This document shows positions 1 to 11,225 of a stretch of DNA of 64,000 nt, piece by piece. How positions within the stretch are numbered: the stretch's first letter is position 1; the number at the start of each line of letters is the position of its first letter. Under the pieces are notes generated by a model, which saw only the letters and a program-made list of their open reading frames with translations, had not been told where the DNA came from and searched no databases. The position numbers and the translations under genes are program-made. The DNA comes from an uncultured delta proteobacterium (GTDB lineage Bacteria; Desulfobacterota; Binatia; UBA9968), in contig CAVUVW010000019.1 in NCBI GenBank assembly GCA_963745035.1, positions 32,001 through 96,000 on the forward strand, in the 5' to 3' direction.

Positions 1-417
1 GGGCGTGACGATCGGATAGAGCGTGCGGTGAAAAAACTCTTCGAGAAAACGCTCCTGCTCCCGGCCCATTTCTTCGGGCCGAAGCAGATGAATTCCCTCT
101 TCGGTTAGGCGCGGCAGGATGGTATTCAAAAAACACAGGTGCTGCTCGGCGGCGAGCTCGTGAACCTGTTTGGAAATTGCCTTGAGCGCCTCGGGTGGCG
201 TCAAGCCGTCGGGGCCCGCGCTCGGCTCATTGTCACGAATCAGGCGCTTCAGCCGGGCGATCCGGACCATGAAGAACTCATCGAGATTCGAGCTGAAGAT
301 CGATAGAAACTTTACTCTTTCGAGCAGCGGAACGGTTTCGTCTTTGGCCTCTTCGAGCACCCGGCGATTGAACTCCAACCAGGACAATTCGCGATTGATA
401 TACGTGTTGGCGTCCAT
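1..417 (-). CDS. ppk1: Polyphosphate kinase 1, N-terminal part (runs off the window edge)
   Basis: Manual translation gives MDANTYINRELSWLEFNRRVLEEAKDETVPLLERVKFLSIFSSNLDEFFMVRIA, the PPK1 N-terminal signature. Absent from the ORF track because it is truncated. Confidence 0.95.
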   Translation of the reverse strand, partial: MDANTYINRELSWLEFNRRVLEEAKDETVPLLERVKFLSIFSSNLDEFFMVRIARLKRLIRDNEPSAGPDGLTPPEALKAISKQVHELAAEQHLCFLNTILPRLTEEGIHLLRPEEMGREQERFLEEFFHRTLYPIVTP

Positions 418-484
418 GTGTGACCCGCGGCGATGTGCCGTCTGAGTTGAAAAAACACTCCTAGCCCACCCCGTGGCGCAATTG

Positions 485-512
485 GTTACGGAAATGTGAA
501 GTTAAGATGAAG
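485..512 (-). promoter_or_regulatory. Pho-box-like site upstream of ppk1
   Basis: Minus strand reads CTTCAT-n5-CTTCAC-n5-CGTAAC: three hexamers at 11-bp spacing, resembling PhoB direct repeats. Confidence 0.6.
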
Positions 513-740
513 AGCACTGGAGGCTTGTTTGCACGTCTGTGCTTCTTGGAAAAGCGCGTGAGATAGATGTTCTCATAGTCGAAATGACAGGCGTGTACTA
601 TTGTTATGATTCCGAACGGATGTAGGGATCCGTTTCCAACGCGATTGTCGGCATCTGCGGGCTGAGTCGAAGCTGAGGAATCACTTTGTGGTCAATCGCG
701 CCGTCTGCCGCGCTGGGATTTTTGAGATGACTGGGGCCTG

Positions 741-1862
741 CTAGACGATTTCCAGGGCGATGGAGAAGGCGATGAGCAGGATGATCACCCATTCGAGAAT
801 CTCCATGCGCCGGGTCGAGGCCTGGTCGGAGATTTTCTCGTAGATGCTTTCCAGAGTCTCCAGCTTGCGCAGAATGCTCTGGTCCCATTCGTCGAGGTGA
901 AACCGGCGATTGACCATGCGATAGACCCGCGCCAGATATTGATCGCCGACGAGCTTGAGGGTGTTGTTGACGCCTTCGAATAGCGTCGCGTTGTCGACTT
1001 GCAGCTCGGCCACGCTGCGCAAATCGGCGTTGTAAGATCCAAGGAACGAAGACAGCCCCCAAGATCGCCGGACGAGGGTCTCGTGCGCCTGGTCCAGCGC
1101 GAGATCGAGCTTCTGATCCACGTAGCGCATTTCCAGCAATTCGACGTTGGCGAATTCCAGCAGCGCGCGCACATCCTCGCCTTCTTTGTCGACGATCAGC
1201 GCCGCGTTCCAGTCCACCAACGTGATGTCGTTGGTGCCGTAGGAGAATTTTACCGCCAGCGCGTCCTCGATTTCCTGATCGGAGAGGGGTTGAGACTCGG
1301 CGCGCAGAATTTGCACGATGGGCCGGGCATATTCTTCACAGAATCGGTCAAGGTCGAAAAACGCGGCAAAGCTCTCGACGTGAAACACGACGTAGTCTTC
1401 CACCACCGGCGAGGGATGGGGCTTACTCGCGGCGTCGCCGATCACTGCCAAGAGCCGATCGACCCGGAGCCGCGAATCGGCGAGCAGCACTTCATTATCG
1501 TAAAGCTCTTCACTGAGCCCCAGCAGATTTTGAAACGGGCCGTCGATCGGCACGGTGTAGACGACGGACACCGCGCCAAAATCGTAGATCATGAGATCGA
1601 CGCTCGGCCGGCTCGTGAACTTGCCCAGAACAAAAGCGTCGGCATGGCTCGTGGTTCGGACCGGCGGCGGTTGATACTCGAAATAGCTCGGCGTGCGGCG
1701 CTTGTGGGCGATGGTAGGCCGCTCGGTGGCTTGTTGGATGCGGCGTTCCGCCTCGCCGAGATCGATGGCGCGCGCCGCGTCGTACGCAAAGCTCACGTAG
1801 CATGAGCCGTTTTGAACCACCGGGGGCATGATCGTTGCGGGGCGCGTATCCACGACAGTCAT
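741..1862 (-). CDS. Conserved protein, RMD1/DUF155-like, with a C-terminal TM helix
   Basis: 373-aa ORF; YDFGAVS motif, helical C-terminal part ending MEILEWVIILLIAFSIALE. Confidence 0.55.
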   Translation of the reverse strand: MTVVDTRPATIMPPVVQNGSCYVSFAYDAARAIDLGEAERRIQQATERPTIAHKRRTPSYFEYQPPPVRTTSHADAFVLGKFTSRPSVDLMIYDFGAVSVVYTVPIDGPFQNLLGLSEELYDNEVLLADSRLRVDRLLAVIGDAASKPHPSPVVEDYVVFHVESFAAFFDLDRFCEEYARPIVQILRAESQPLSDQEIEDALAVKFSYGTNDITLVDWNAALIVDKEGEDVRALLEFANVELLEMRYVDQKLDLALDQAHETLVRRSWGLSSFLGSYNADLRSVAELQVDNATLFEGVNNTLKLVGDQYLARVYRMVNRRFHLDEWDQSILRKLETLESIYEKISDQASTRRMEILEWVIILLIAFSIALEIV

Positions 1863-1958
1863 AATTCCAGGCTAGCATGTAAACCGCTATCGGCCCAGGC
1901 GGCGCATCGACGCGGTAATCAGATCGTGACCAGGCACGGTGTCCGGCGCGAATAAACT

Positions 1959-1986
1959 TTTCACGATCGCTTCACTGACGCGCAAT
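1959..1986 (+). promoter_or_regulatory. Pho-box-like site
   Basis: TTTCAC-n5-CTTCAC-n5-CGCAAT at 11-bp spacing, upstream of the gene starting at 2078. Confidence 0.4.
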
Positions 1987-2077
1987 GTCGGGATTACACG
2001 ACGGTGGCATGGTCGCGCCGACATGCAGTCAGAGCAAGATGTCGACGCCCGCCATCAGGGGCCGAAGGGAGACGCCG

Positions 2078-2470
2078 ATGGACGATCATTTTCTATTTGC
2101 CATATTCTCGCCCGACGAGACTTTGAGCTGTGACTCCACCTACAATTATGCGCAGTGGCGCCAATGCGAGCCGGAAAGAAATCTGCTCGCCGCGGTGTTG
2201 AAAGACGCACTGTTGACCTACAAGAGGCGCTTTTCTTTGGGCGATGCGCGCTTCAGGGAGGCGGAGCGCTGGCTGTTCAGCGAAGACTCGGACGGGCTTT
2301 TTGCATTCAAGTCGGTATGCTCGATGTTGAATCTGAGCGCCGACCGGATCCGCAAGGACCTGCGCGCCTTCGCCGGCGCGGTCGGCGAATCTCCGGGTTT
2401 CGGTCAACCGCGCCGCTCGCGGGCTGTCAGAAGCCGCGAAAGAGAGCGCAGCGATCTCCCGCGCTGTTAA
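2078..2470 (+). CDS. Hypothetical small helical protein, paralog of 41795..42133
   Basis: GAAGGGAGA RBS-like sequence before the ATG; ERNLLAAVLKDA...EAERWLFSED...FAFKSVCSMLNLSADRIR aligns with the second copy. Confidence 0.7.
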   Translation: MDDHFLFAIFSPDETLSCDSTYNYAQWRQCEPERNLLAAVLKDALLTYKRRFSLGDARFREAERWLFSEDSDGLFAFKSVCSMLNLSADRIRKDLRAFAGAVGESPGFGQPRRSRAVRSRERERSDLPRC

Positions 2471-2890
2471 GCGGCTGCGGCGCCGGGCCGTTCAGTCGGC
2501 GCGCTGTTTGGTGGTTCAGCCCCGTTCGCGCGTGACGCCGAGCGCGGTCGCGCAAAGGGCCCGGCAGCCTCTGCGCCCTTGCCAATCGCGTTGCCCGGCC
2601 GGTTTAACGGACATTGACGGCCAAACGAATTGTCGGTGAACGTGGAATTAAGCGAGCGGAGTGTTAGGCGGATGGAGAGAGTTCGTTCGGGTTTGAAAGA
2701 TTTCACTGCCGCTTTGAGAAGGATGGCGGCTTCTGCGCGGCGATCTTTGGATAAGCACGTCCGCTGAAGATTCCGTTGCGGCGCGCTCGCGCGCACGAGC
2801 TACTGTTCTAACGAGCTAGCGAACGGAAACAAAGATTCACGCTAGAAGCATGGGGAATAACGGAAGAGGTAGGCAGAAAGACTTGGCAGG

Positions 2891-4159
2891 CTACTCAGAT
2901 GCCGAGACTACCCGAATCGTTCCGCTCATGTACGGATGGATGGAACAGAAATAGTCCAAGTCGCCGGCCTGGGCGAAGCTTGCGCTGTAGCTCGATCCGG
3001 GCATCAAAGTATCCGAGCTCATGCGGCCCTTGACTTCGACGTTGTGCGGCGCGCCGTCGGCGTTGACCCAGGTCACGGTATTTCCCGCGGAGATTTGCAG
3101 GAGGGCCGGAACGAAAGCGAAATTGCTGATCGTGATGCGGCGGCTCGATGAGCTCTGCGGCGCCGGCGCGCTTTGCACGGCGATCTTGCGCGGCGCATTG
3201 CCGACGCGGACAGTTGTAACCGCGCCGCTCTCCAGATCGACGATCGACACATCGTTGGAGTCTTCGTTTGTCGTCAATGCGGTTTTTCCACCCGGGCCGC
3301 CGGCCACCCAATGCGGCCGCGAGCCCACTTGGATCGACTTCTCGAGCCGGTTCGTTTGCGGGTCGAAAACGGCGAGAAGGCTGGGGCCTTGCACCGCGGT
3401 GAGGCCGCGCTTTCCGTCGGCGGTGAAGTTGGCGTAGTGCGGTGAGACACCCACCTGTATTTCAGCGACGATGCGGTTGCTGGCAGGATCGACCGCGAGC
3501 ACGGATTCGACTCCGGCCTGAGTGATGTAAAGATGGCTCCCGTTCGGTCCGAACTCCAGGCCGCGCGGGGTTTTCTCCAAGGGCACCATGTCCTTAAGCT
3601 TGCGTTCCGGCAGATCGATAATCGCCAGCGCAAATTTCCCCGGCGTCTGAGAGCCGACGTAAGCAGTCCGGCCGTTCGGGTGGATAGCGATGTTGTGCGG
3701 CTTGCCGACCGCCACGCTGGCGATCACTTTGCGGCTGGCGGTGTCGATGAGCGCCACGGAATCGGTGTCGTAGACGCCGACGAGCACGAGCTTGCCGTCC
3801 GGCGTTGCCGCGACGCCGTGGGGGTTTTTACCGACCTCGATGTTCTCGACGACTTTATCGGTGGCGCTGTCGATGACGCTCACGGTGGACGCGCCGTCGC
3901 TGGCGACGTATACCCAGCGATTATCAGGCGTGATCGCGATACCGTGCGGGCCCGCCGGCACGGCAATCGTCGCCGTCACGCGCCTTTGTTCGAGATCGAT
4001 TACGCTGATCGTGTTGTCCTTGAAGTTGCCGACATAGGCCTTCGGACCGGCGGAAAATGCTAGGCTGCTGCTCAGGATGATTGCGGCCGCTAACAGAATC
4101 GCAACCGACGAGCGATTGCGGAAAACCCCGATTTGTTGAAGGCTGGGCGTCCGGTACAT
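2891..4159 (-). CDS. Secreted YVTN/YncE beta-propeller protein with a C-terminal cupredoxin (amicyanin/plastocyanin-like) domain
   Basis: Signal-like hydrophobic segment; repeated TISVID/VG..PHGIA.TPD blades; type-1 Cu ligands PHNV...YFCSIHPYM; GGAGG RBS before ATG 4159. Confidence 0.88.
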   Translation of the reverse strand: MYRTPSLQQIGVFRNRSSVAILLAAAIILSSSLAFSAGPKAYVGNFKDNTISVIDLEQRRVTATIAVPAGPHGIAITPDNRWVYVASDGASTVSVIDSATDKVVENIEVGKNPHGVAATPDGKLVLVGVYDTDSVALIDTASRKVIASVAVGKPHNIAIHPNGRTAYVGSQTPGKFALAIIDLPERKLKDMVPLEKTPRGLEFGPNGSHLYITQAGVESVLAVDPASNRIVAEIQVGVSPHYANFTADGKRGLTAVQGPSLLAVFDPQTNRLEKSIQVGSRPHWVAGGPGGKTALTTNEDSNDVSIVDLESGAVTTVRVGNAPRKIAVQSAPAPQSSSSRRITISNFAFVPALLQISAGNTVTWVNADGAPHNVEVKGRMSSDTLMPGSSYSASFAQAGDLDYFCSIHPYMSGTIRVVSASE

Positions 4160-4194
4160 GGTTTCCTCCGCGAGCGAGATTTGCGATATTCGCA

Positions 4195-4263
4195 AGACCG
4201 CAGGGAAGGGAGCTTTATTCCGGCGCCTGAGTATCGGGAATAAAATCGTCGTCGCAGCGGTCT
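4195..4263. promoter_or_regulatory. Back-to-back ECF-type promoters GGAATAAA-N13-CGGTCT
   Basis: Same motif and spacing on minus (4195-4221, facing the YVTN gene) and plus (4237-4263, facing the sigma gene). Confidence 0.75.
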
Positions 4264-4283
4264 AACACAAATGGGGCCTGGTC

Positions 4284-4826
4284 TTGGACAACAAGAGATT
4301 ACGCTTTGAAAGGAGCGTGTCGCCCCACGTGGACGCGGCCTACAATCTGGCGCGCTGGCTCACCCGCAACGAGCACGACGCCGAGGACGTGGTTCAGGAA
4401 GCGCTGCTTCGAGCGTTCACGTTTTTCGATGGCTTTCGCGGCGTAGATTCCCGCGCCTGGGTACTCAAGATCGTGCGCAATACGTGCTTTACATGGCTCC
4501 ACGCCAATCGACCCAGAGAAGTCACCGCCGTGGACTCCAGCGAGCTCAATGAAATACCGCCGGCGCTCTACAGTGGAGCGGGCGACGATCCCGAAGCTCT
4601 CGCCCTGCGCCGCACCACCGCGACGGAGCTCAATGACGCGCTTGCCGGCCTTCCCGCGCCGCTCCGCGAAGTCATGGTGCTCCGCGAGCTCGAAGGATTG
4701 TCCTACAAAGATATCGCCGCGGTGATCGACGCGCCGATCGGCACTGTCATGTCGCGGCTGGCGCGCGCTCGCGCCGATTTGCGGCGCAGCCTGCTGCAGT
4801 CTCACTGCAAAGGCGGTGGCCGATGA
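4284..4826 (+). CDS. ECF RNA polymerase sigma-70 factor
   Basis: DAEDVVQEA region 2 motif, WVLKIVRN, region 4 LSYKDIA..IGTVMSRLARAR. Confidence 0.95.
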   Translation: MDNKRLRFERSVSPHVDAAYNLARWLTRNEHDAEDVVQEALLRAFTFFDGFRGVDSRAWVLKIVRNTCFTWLHANRPREVTAVDSSELNEIPPALYSGAGDDPEALALRRTTATELNDALAGLPAPLREVMVLRELEGLSYKDIAAVIDAPIGTVMSRLARARADLRRSLLQSHCKGGGR

Positions 4827-5578
4827 CGCCCGATCGCGCGCGTATCCTGCTGCACGCTTATCTCGACGGCGAGCTGGACGCAGCGTCTACGATCGAGTTG
4901 GAGGGCGAGATCGATCGCTCGCCGGTGCTGCGCCAGGAACTGGCGCGCCTATCCGCGCTGCAAAATGCGCTGCGTGAAGACGCGGCGCGATTCCAAGCGC
5001 CTCACGGTTTGGCCGAGCGCGTGTTCGCGGCTGTGGTCGCGCCGCAAGCAAGGAGCAGCGACAAGGTGCCGTCGTGGTGGCGCGCTTGGGCCATCGGGGC
5101 GAGCGCGGTTGCGGCGGCGCTGCTGGTCTGGGCCTTGGGGTCCGGCGTTTTCAATGCGCATCGGAGCGCAAGTTCAATGCAAGAAGTCGTGAGCGCGCAC
5201 ATTCGTTCGCTTATGGCCGATCACCTGACCGATCTGGCATCGGCGGAGCGCCATTCCGTCAAACCCTGGTTGTCCAACCGGCTCGATTTCGCGCCGCCGG
5301 TGCAAGACCTCGAGAGCCACGGCTTTCATCTCGTCGGAGGGAGGCTGGATTATCTCGGCGGGAAAGCGGTGGCGGCGGTCGTTTATCGGCATCGTCAACA
5401 CCTCATCAACGTTTTTGTCTGGCCGTCGGCGGAGGAAACTTCTGCAGATGTGCGCGAAGCCAACGAGCGCGGCTACAATACGGCGCGCTTCCACTCCAAA
5501 GGAATGAATTATTGGGCCGTGTCTGACGTGAATATGCAAGATCTCCGCAAGCTTGCAGAGTTATTGCTCAGCCGATAA
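4823..5578 (+). CDS. Transmembrane anti-sigma factor
   Basis: ATGA overlap with the sigma gene; LHAYLDGEL N-terminus, one TM helix, HSVKPW...GGRLDY periplasmic domain. Confidence 0.9.
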   Translation: MTPDRARILLHAYLDGELDAASTIELEGEIDRSPVLRQELARLSALQNALREDAARFQAPHGLAERVFAAVVAPQARSSDKVPSWWRAWAIGASAVAAALLVWALGSGVFNAHRSASSMQEVVSAHIRSLMADHLTDLASAERHSVKPWLSNRLDFAPPVQDLESHGFHLVGGRLDYLGGKAVAAVVYRHRQHLINVFVWPSAEETSADVREANERGYNTARFHSKGMNYWAVSDVNMQDLRKLAELLLSR

Positions 5579-5856
5579 ATCAACTCCTCGCGCGCCGTAA
5601 ATTCCAACCTCAGTGTTTGAAGATCCTGTCTGATTGGTCGTCCTCACGGGAAGATAAAGCGAACCCCTGCGCGCGAGGTTGAGCCGCGGCGGGGATCGCT
5701 TATATTGGAAAAGTAGCAGAGCATTCCGTAAGGGATGATCGAGCCAACCGCGCGCCAAAAATTCCGCCCGGAAGTGAAGCCGCCAAAATGCCGTATCATC
5801 AAGAGAGACTGCCCGTTGAGACTGGCGTAGCGTCTCAAACCACTGCGCGCGCGGCG

Positions 5857-6782
<926 letters not shown>

Positions 6783-6786
<4 letters not shown>

Positions 6787-7559
6787 GCAGACTGGTATTC
6801 AATCGACATGGCGTCTGGGCGATCTACAAGTTCGAGATGGCGCGCGCATTGCGCACGCTCTGGCAGAGCCTGGTGACGCCGGTGATCACGACCTCGCTTT
6901 ACTTCATCGTCTTCGGCTCGGCCATCGGCTCGCGCATGACCGAAGTGCACGGCGTGGCGTACGGCGCCTTCATCGTGCCGGGGCTGATCATGCTCTCCTT
7001 GTTCACTCAAAGCATTTTCAACGGCTCGTTCGGCATTCACTTCCCGAAGTTCATCGGTACGATCTACGAGATCCTGTCCGCGCCGGTGTCTTACTTGGAG
7101 ATCGTCCTCGCCTACGTCGGCGCGGCGGCGACCAAGTCGATCGTGCTTGGCCTGGTGATTCTGGCTACGGCGGCGCTGTTCGTGCCGATCAAAATTTTGC
7201 ACCCGTTTTGGATGATCGTTTTTTTGGTGTTGACGGCGACGACCTTCAGCCTGTTCGGCTTTATCATCGGCATCTGGGCAAAAAATTTCGAGCAACTCCA
7301 GTTTATTCCCATGCTCATCATCACGCCGTTGACCTTTCTCGGCGGCGCTTTCTATTCCATCGACATGCTGCCGCCGGGCTGGCGCACCATCGCGCTATTC
7401 AACCCGGTGGTCTATCTGATCAGCGGTTTCCGCTGGAGCTTCTACGAGTCGTCGGACGTCAACGTGGCAGTGAGTCTGGCGATGACTTTGGGATTCTTCG
7501 CCGTTTGCCTGGCGATCGTGAGCTGGATCTTCCGCACCGGCTACCGGCTGAAAAACTGA
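6783..7559 (+). CDS. ABC-2 type transporter permease (YadH-like)
   Basis: Six hydrophobic segments, FIVPGLIM and [11 protein letters not shown] motifs; coupled to the ATPase. Confidence 0.92.
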
Positions 7560-7789
7560 AACAATGTCTTTTTGGCTTAATCGGAAGCCTTTATGAAGAT
7601 CTAAGTTCTCCGCCGTAATGAGAATTTAAACGCGCGGGCATTGAACTCGGCATAGTGTTGGTTCACCTTGCAATCTAGTCGTGGGCGCTTGACGTTCGTA
7701 GTTGTTGGCAAACTGATTGGCAGAGCACGTATTCGAAACCGTGAGTAGTTCTTTGATTCAGTGAATCTGAGACGACGTATGGAGGAAAA

Positions 7790-8008
7790 ATGTTTGGTCT
7801 TGGTATTCCAGAACTGATGATCATTCTAGTTATCGGGGTAGTTTTGTTTGGCTCCAGCAAGCTGCCCCAGCTCGGCAGTGGACTTGGCAGGGCAATACGC
7901 GATTTCAGGAAAGAAGTAACCGGCAATCAGAATAGCGCTGACGAATCCAAAAAGGACGAGCCGAAAAACTTTACAGGGCAGATAGATTCGATTCGTAAGG
8001 AAGCTTAA
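7790..8008 (+). CDS. tatA: Twin-arginine translocase TatA/E subunit
   Basis: MFGLGIPELMIILVIGVVLFGSSKLPQLGSGLGRAIRDFRK; GGAGG RBS. Confidence 0.95.
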   Translation: MFGLGIPELMIILVIGVVLFGSSKLPQLGSGLGRAIRDFRKEVTGNQNSADESKKDEPKNFTGQIDSIRKEA

Positions 8009-8276
8009 TCCTGTGCTGCTAGTCGTACGAGGAAGATCACGATCAGCAGAACCTTATCACTCTACTCGGTTGCCGCGGTAAAACCCGGATAGTCTGAATC
8101 CGGACATCACCTCAGTCAACAGCTCCGCATTGCAGAGGTCGACGCTGCGTTAGAACAACGTTACCGGCGAGACCGTCTCAACTTCATCAAGATATATTCA
8201 ATCGTTAATACAGATCTCACACGACAGACCGAAAAGGCCCTCGTGCGGTCAAAAATACAGTGAGAGGGGCTTTTTT

Positions 8277-10202
8277 ATGGAAGATAGCGAATCCAAGCTT
8301 TACGAGCGGCAGGGCGTACAAACGATGGCCGAGATCATCGACCTTCGTTTCAGCCGGCGCACGGCCCTCAAAGCGCTCTTCACAGCCGGACTGCTCAGCG
8401 GTTTAGGACCGCTGGGCAAACTTGCGCCGGCAGCAACTCCCAAAGAGCAGTCCACACTCAAATTCGCGGAAATCCCCAGCGTGATCGGCGAAAGTCACGC
8501 CGTCCCGCCGGGCTACTCGGCGGATATCGTGATTCGCTGGGGAGATAAGGTGGTTGGAGACGCGCCTGAATTCGACCCGCAACGACAGAGCCAGTTCGCT
8601 CAAGAGCGGCAGTTCGGCTACAACAACGACTTCGTCGGTTATTTTCCGCTTCCCGCCGGTTCAGCGAATTCGGAGCATGGCCTGCTTTGCGTCAATCATG
8701 AATACACGAATTCACACCTGATGTTCCCGGGCTCGCCGCGCGCGGCGGCCGTGACAAGAGAGCAGGCCGACATCGAGCTTGCCGCCCACGGCCACAGCGT
8801 CATCGAGATCAGGAAGATCAAAGGCAAATGGACCAGCTTGCCGGACAGCCCCTACAATCGCCGCATTACGGCCCATCAGACCCGCATGAGAATCTCCGGG
8901 CCAGCGGCGGGTCATGCGCGGCTCAAAACCGCCGCCGATCCCACGGGAACATACGTAATCGGCACGCTCAACAACTGTACGGGCGGGCGAACGCCGTGGG
9001 GTACGGTGTTGTTTGCCGAGGAGAACTTCAATAACTATTTCGGCGGCGATCCGGCGAAGACCACCGAGGCCAGAAACTACAAGCGGTACGGTCTCACGGC
9101 AAAAGGCGGCTATTCCTGGAGCAAGTACTACGATCGCTTCGACGTGGAGAAGACGCCCAATGAACCCAATCGCTTCGGCTGGATGGTGGAGTTCGATCCC
9201 TACACTCCCAACTCTACACCGGTGAAGCGCACGGCGTTGGCCCGGATCAAGCACGAAGGCGCGACCACGATCCTCAACAAGGACGGCCGGGTCGTGGTTT
9301 ACACCGGCGATGACGAGGCGTTCGATTACTTATACAAGTTCATTACCCACGGCCGCTTCGACCCGAATAATCGCGACAGCAACCGCGATCTCTTGGACTC
9401 CGGCACGCTGTTCGTGGCCAAGTTCCACGAAAACGGCGAGCTCACCTGGCTGCCTCTTGTGTGGGGGAGCGCGCCGTTGACGCCGGAGAGCGGCTTCGAG
9501 AGCCAGGCGGACGTCTTGATCGAAACCAGGAGAGCGGCGGATCTCGTCGGCGCCACCCCGATGGATCGGCCCGAAGAGGTCGAGCCCAATCCGGTGAACG
9601 GTCGTGTGTACGCAGCCTTTACCAACAATTCACGGCGCAAGCCCGATCAGGTGGATGCTGCGAATCCACGCGCCGACAATGCTCACGGCCACATTCTCGA
9701 GCTGATTCCACCGGGCGGCCGCGGCGGCGACGCCGATCATGCCGCGCTGAAGTTTCGTTGGGAGGTCTTTTTACTCGCGGGCAATCCGAACGACTCCGCG
9801 CATCATGCTAAGTGCCATCCCGGCGTGACCAAGAATGGATGGGTCTCTTCCCCCGACAATCTCGCCGTCGATCATCGAGGACGGTTGTGGATCTCCACCG
9901 ATCAGGGGTCAAGCCAAGCGAAGAACGGCATCCCGGACGGGATGCGCGCGGCTGATGTGGAAGGACCCGGACGAGCGCTGACCAAGCTTTTCTTCGCGTG
10001 CCCGACCGGCGCGGAGATGTGCGGCCCGGAGTTCACGCCGGACGGCAAAACCTTGTTCCTCGCCATTCAGCATCCGGGTGAAGACGAAGGCTCGACCTTC
10101 GAAAAACCATCGACGCGCTGGCCCGACTTCAAGCCGGCTCTGCCGCCGCGCCCGTCGGTTGTGGCAATCACCAAAAACGACGGCGGCGAAATCGGCAGCT
10201 AG
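8277..10202 (+). CDS. phoX: PhoX-family alkaline phosphatase, Tat-exported
   Basis: Tat motif SRRTALK; VNHEYT, NCTGGRTPWGT, NRFGW, MDRPE, PDN, GAEMCGP, IQHPGE motifs. Confidence 0.95.
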   Translation: MEDSESKLYERQGVQTMAEIIDLRFSRRTALKALFTAGLLSGLGPLGKLAPAATPKEQSTLKFAEIPSVIGESHAVPPGYSADIVIRWGDKVVGDAPEFDPQRQSQFAQERQFGYNNDFVGYFPLPAGSANSEHGLLCVNHEYTNSHLMFPGSPRAAAVTREQADIELAAHGHSVIEIRKIKGKWTSLPDSPYNRRITAHQTRMRISGPAAGHARLKTAADPTGTYVIGTLNNCTGGRTPWGTVLFAEENFNNYFGGDPAKTTEARNYKRYGLTAKGGYSWSKYYDRFDVEKTPNEPNRFGWMVEFDPYTPNSTPVKRTALARIKHEGATTILNKDGRVVVYTGDDEAFDYLYKFITHGRFDPNNRDSNRDLLDSGTLFVAKFHENGELTWLPLVWGSAPLTPESGFESQADVLIETRRAADLVGATPMDRPEEVEPNPVNGRVYAAFTNNSRRKPDQVDAANPRADNAHGHILELIPPGGRGGDADHAALKFRWEVFLLAGNPNDSAHHAKCHPGVTKNGWVSSPDNLAVDHRGRLWISTDQGSSQAKNGIPDGMRAADVEGPGRALTKLFFACPTGAEMCGPEFTPDGKTLFLAIQHPGEDEGSTFEKPSTRWPDFKPALPPRPSVVAITKNDGGEIGS

Positions 10203-10253
10203 GCGCGCTAGTCATCGCATTTGCAATTTTCTGACGGCGACGTTTTTTTAACT

Positions 10254-10350
10254 TCAAGTCTCGCGCACCGTCATGACTTCGAACAGATGCCTGTCGGGAT
10301 CTTGGAAGTAAAAGCCGCGACCGCCGCGCCTACTGTAAATCTGGCCGTAG
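10254..10350 (-). pseudogene. C-terminal remnant of a VOC/glyoxalase-family gene
   Basis: Minus strand reads YGQIYSRRGGRGFYFQDPDRHLFEVMTVRET*; no N-terminal half is present. Confidence 0.6.
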
Positions 10351-10451
10351 CGCAGCACTACGCCTTCGAGTGGGGGCGACGCTACCGTCAACGTTCGGGA
10401 GCGATGCTTCGGAGAATCGGCTCTCGCGCACCTTGGTGAGTGACGGCGAAA

Positions 10452-11073
10452 CTACCGCTCGACGCGCGCGACGCTGCGCTCCAACGGTAAGGGTTTTTCG
10501 AGAGACAGCACCAGAATCTTGCTGACCTTGCCTTTGCCGATGTTATTGCCGTGATCATCGTACTTGCTCTCTTCGCTGTCGAAGTCGTTATCGTTGGCCA
10601 CTGCGGCTGTAATTGTATGGCGTCTCGTCGATCTCTTTCAGGTTCGGCAGCCCGGTTACCGGCTTGCCGGACTGACCGACGATCGGTATGGCGTCGACGA
10701 TTCGGATAGCGCTATTCTCCAGTTTGACTCGGACGATCGCCGGATTGAACTCGGGCACCCAGAACGTGCGGCGGTTCCGGCCATCGACGCGGATCTGACC
10801 ATTGGGACCGCGGTCGGTGATCATCCAGAACTCGCCGGGCGCGTCGCTTGCGCCGCGCCACAGGTCGCTGCCCACGGAGCCCAATAGAACTTTGCGGTCG
10901 TTGCTCACGCTGCCGGCTATTTTCCCGTTTTGAAATTCCCGGATCGGCACCGACGGGAACTGGTAAACGGCTTCGACCTTGGCTTGCGCCTCGAGATCAG
11001 TGGGCATGGAGAGCGATGCCAAGGCGAGGCTCGCTAAAAGAACCAAGCCGGTTGTTGTTTTCGCAGAAGCCAC
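10452..11073 (-). pseudogene. Esterase-like-activity-of-phytase family gene with an internal deletion and frameshift
   Basis: The N-terminal part (signal peptide, ITDRGPNG) joins out of frame near 10605 to a C-terminal AVANDNDF...LERSVARVER* segment; the central part of the family is missing. Confidence 0.75.
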
Positions 11074-11121
11074 TTACACCTCCAAAGCTGGTTGATGGAT
11101 TAGAGAGGTTACGCGCAAATT

Positions 11122-11160
11122 TTTACCGGCGGATGAAGAAAAGTTTAAGCCATGATTACA
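11122..11160 (-). promoter_or_regulatory. Pho-box-like site upstream of the phytase-like gene
   Basis: Minus strand TGTAAT-n5-CTTAAA-n5-CTTCAT-n5-GGTAAA: four hexamers at 11-bp spacing. Confidence 0.55.
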
Positions 11161-11225
11161 AATGCCCCGGCAAAACCGGTATTCAGACTGGAAAGTCCGG
11201 GCTTTTGCCTCTATACCAGGGCAAT

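Noticed and set aside
2467-2796. 109-aa minus-strand ORF
   Set aside because: No RBS, motif or coding-like composition that I can support.
2851-2880. A third GGAATAA ECF-like promoter
   Set aside because: It lacks the CGGTCT element at the 13-nt spacing and points into the 3' end of a gene.
8010-8276. Possible riboswitch or ncRNA between tatA and phoX
   Set aside because: Only short hairpins are visible; I cannot match a known RNA family by eye, and an Rfam search would be needed.
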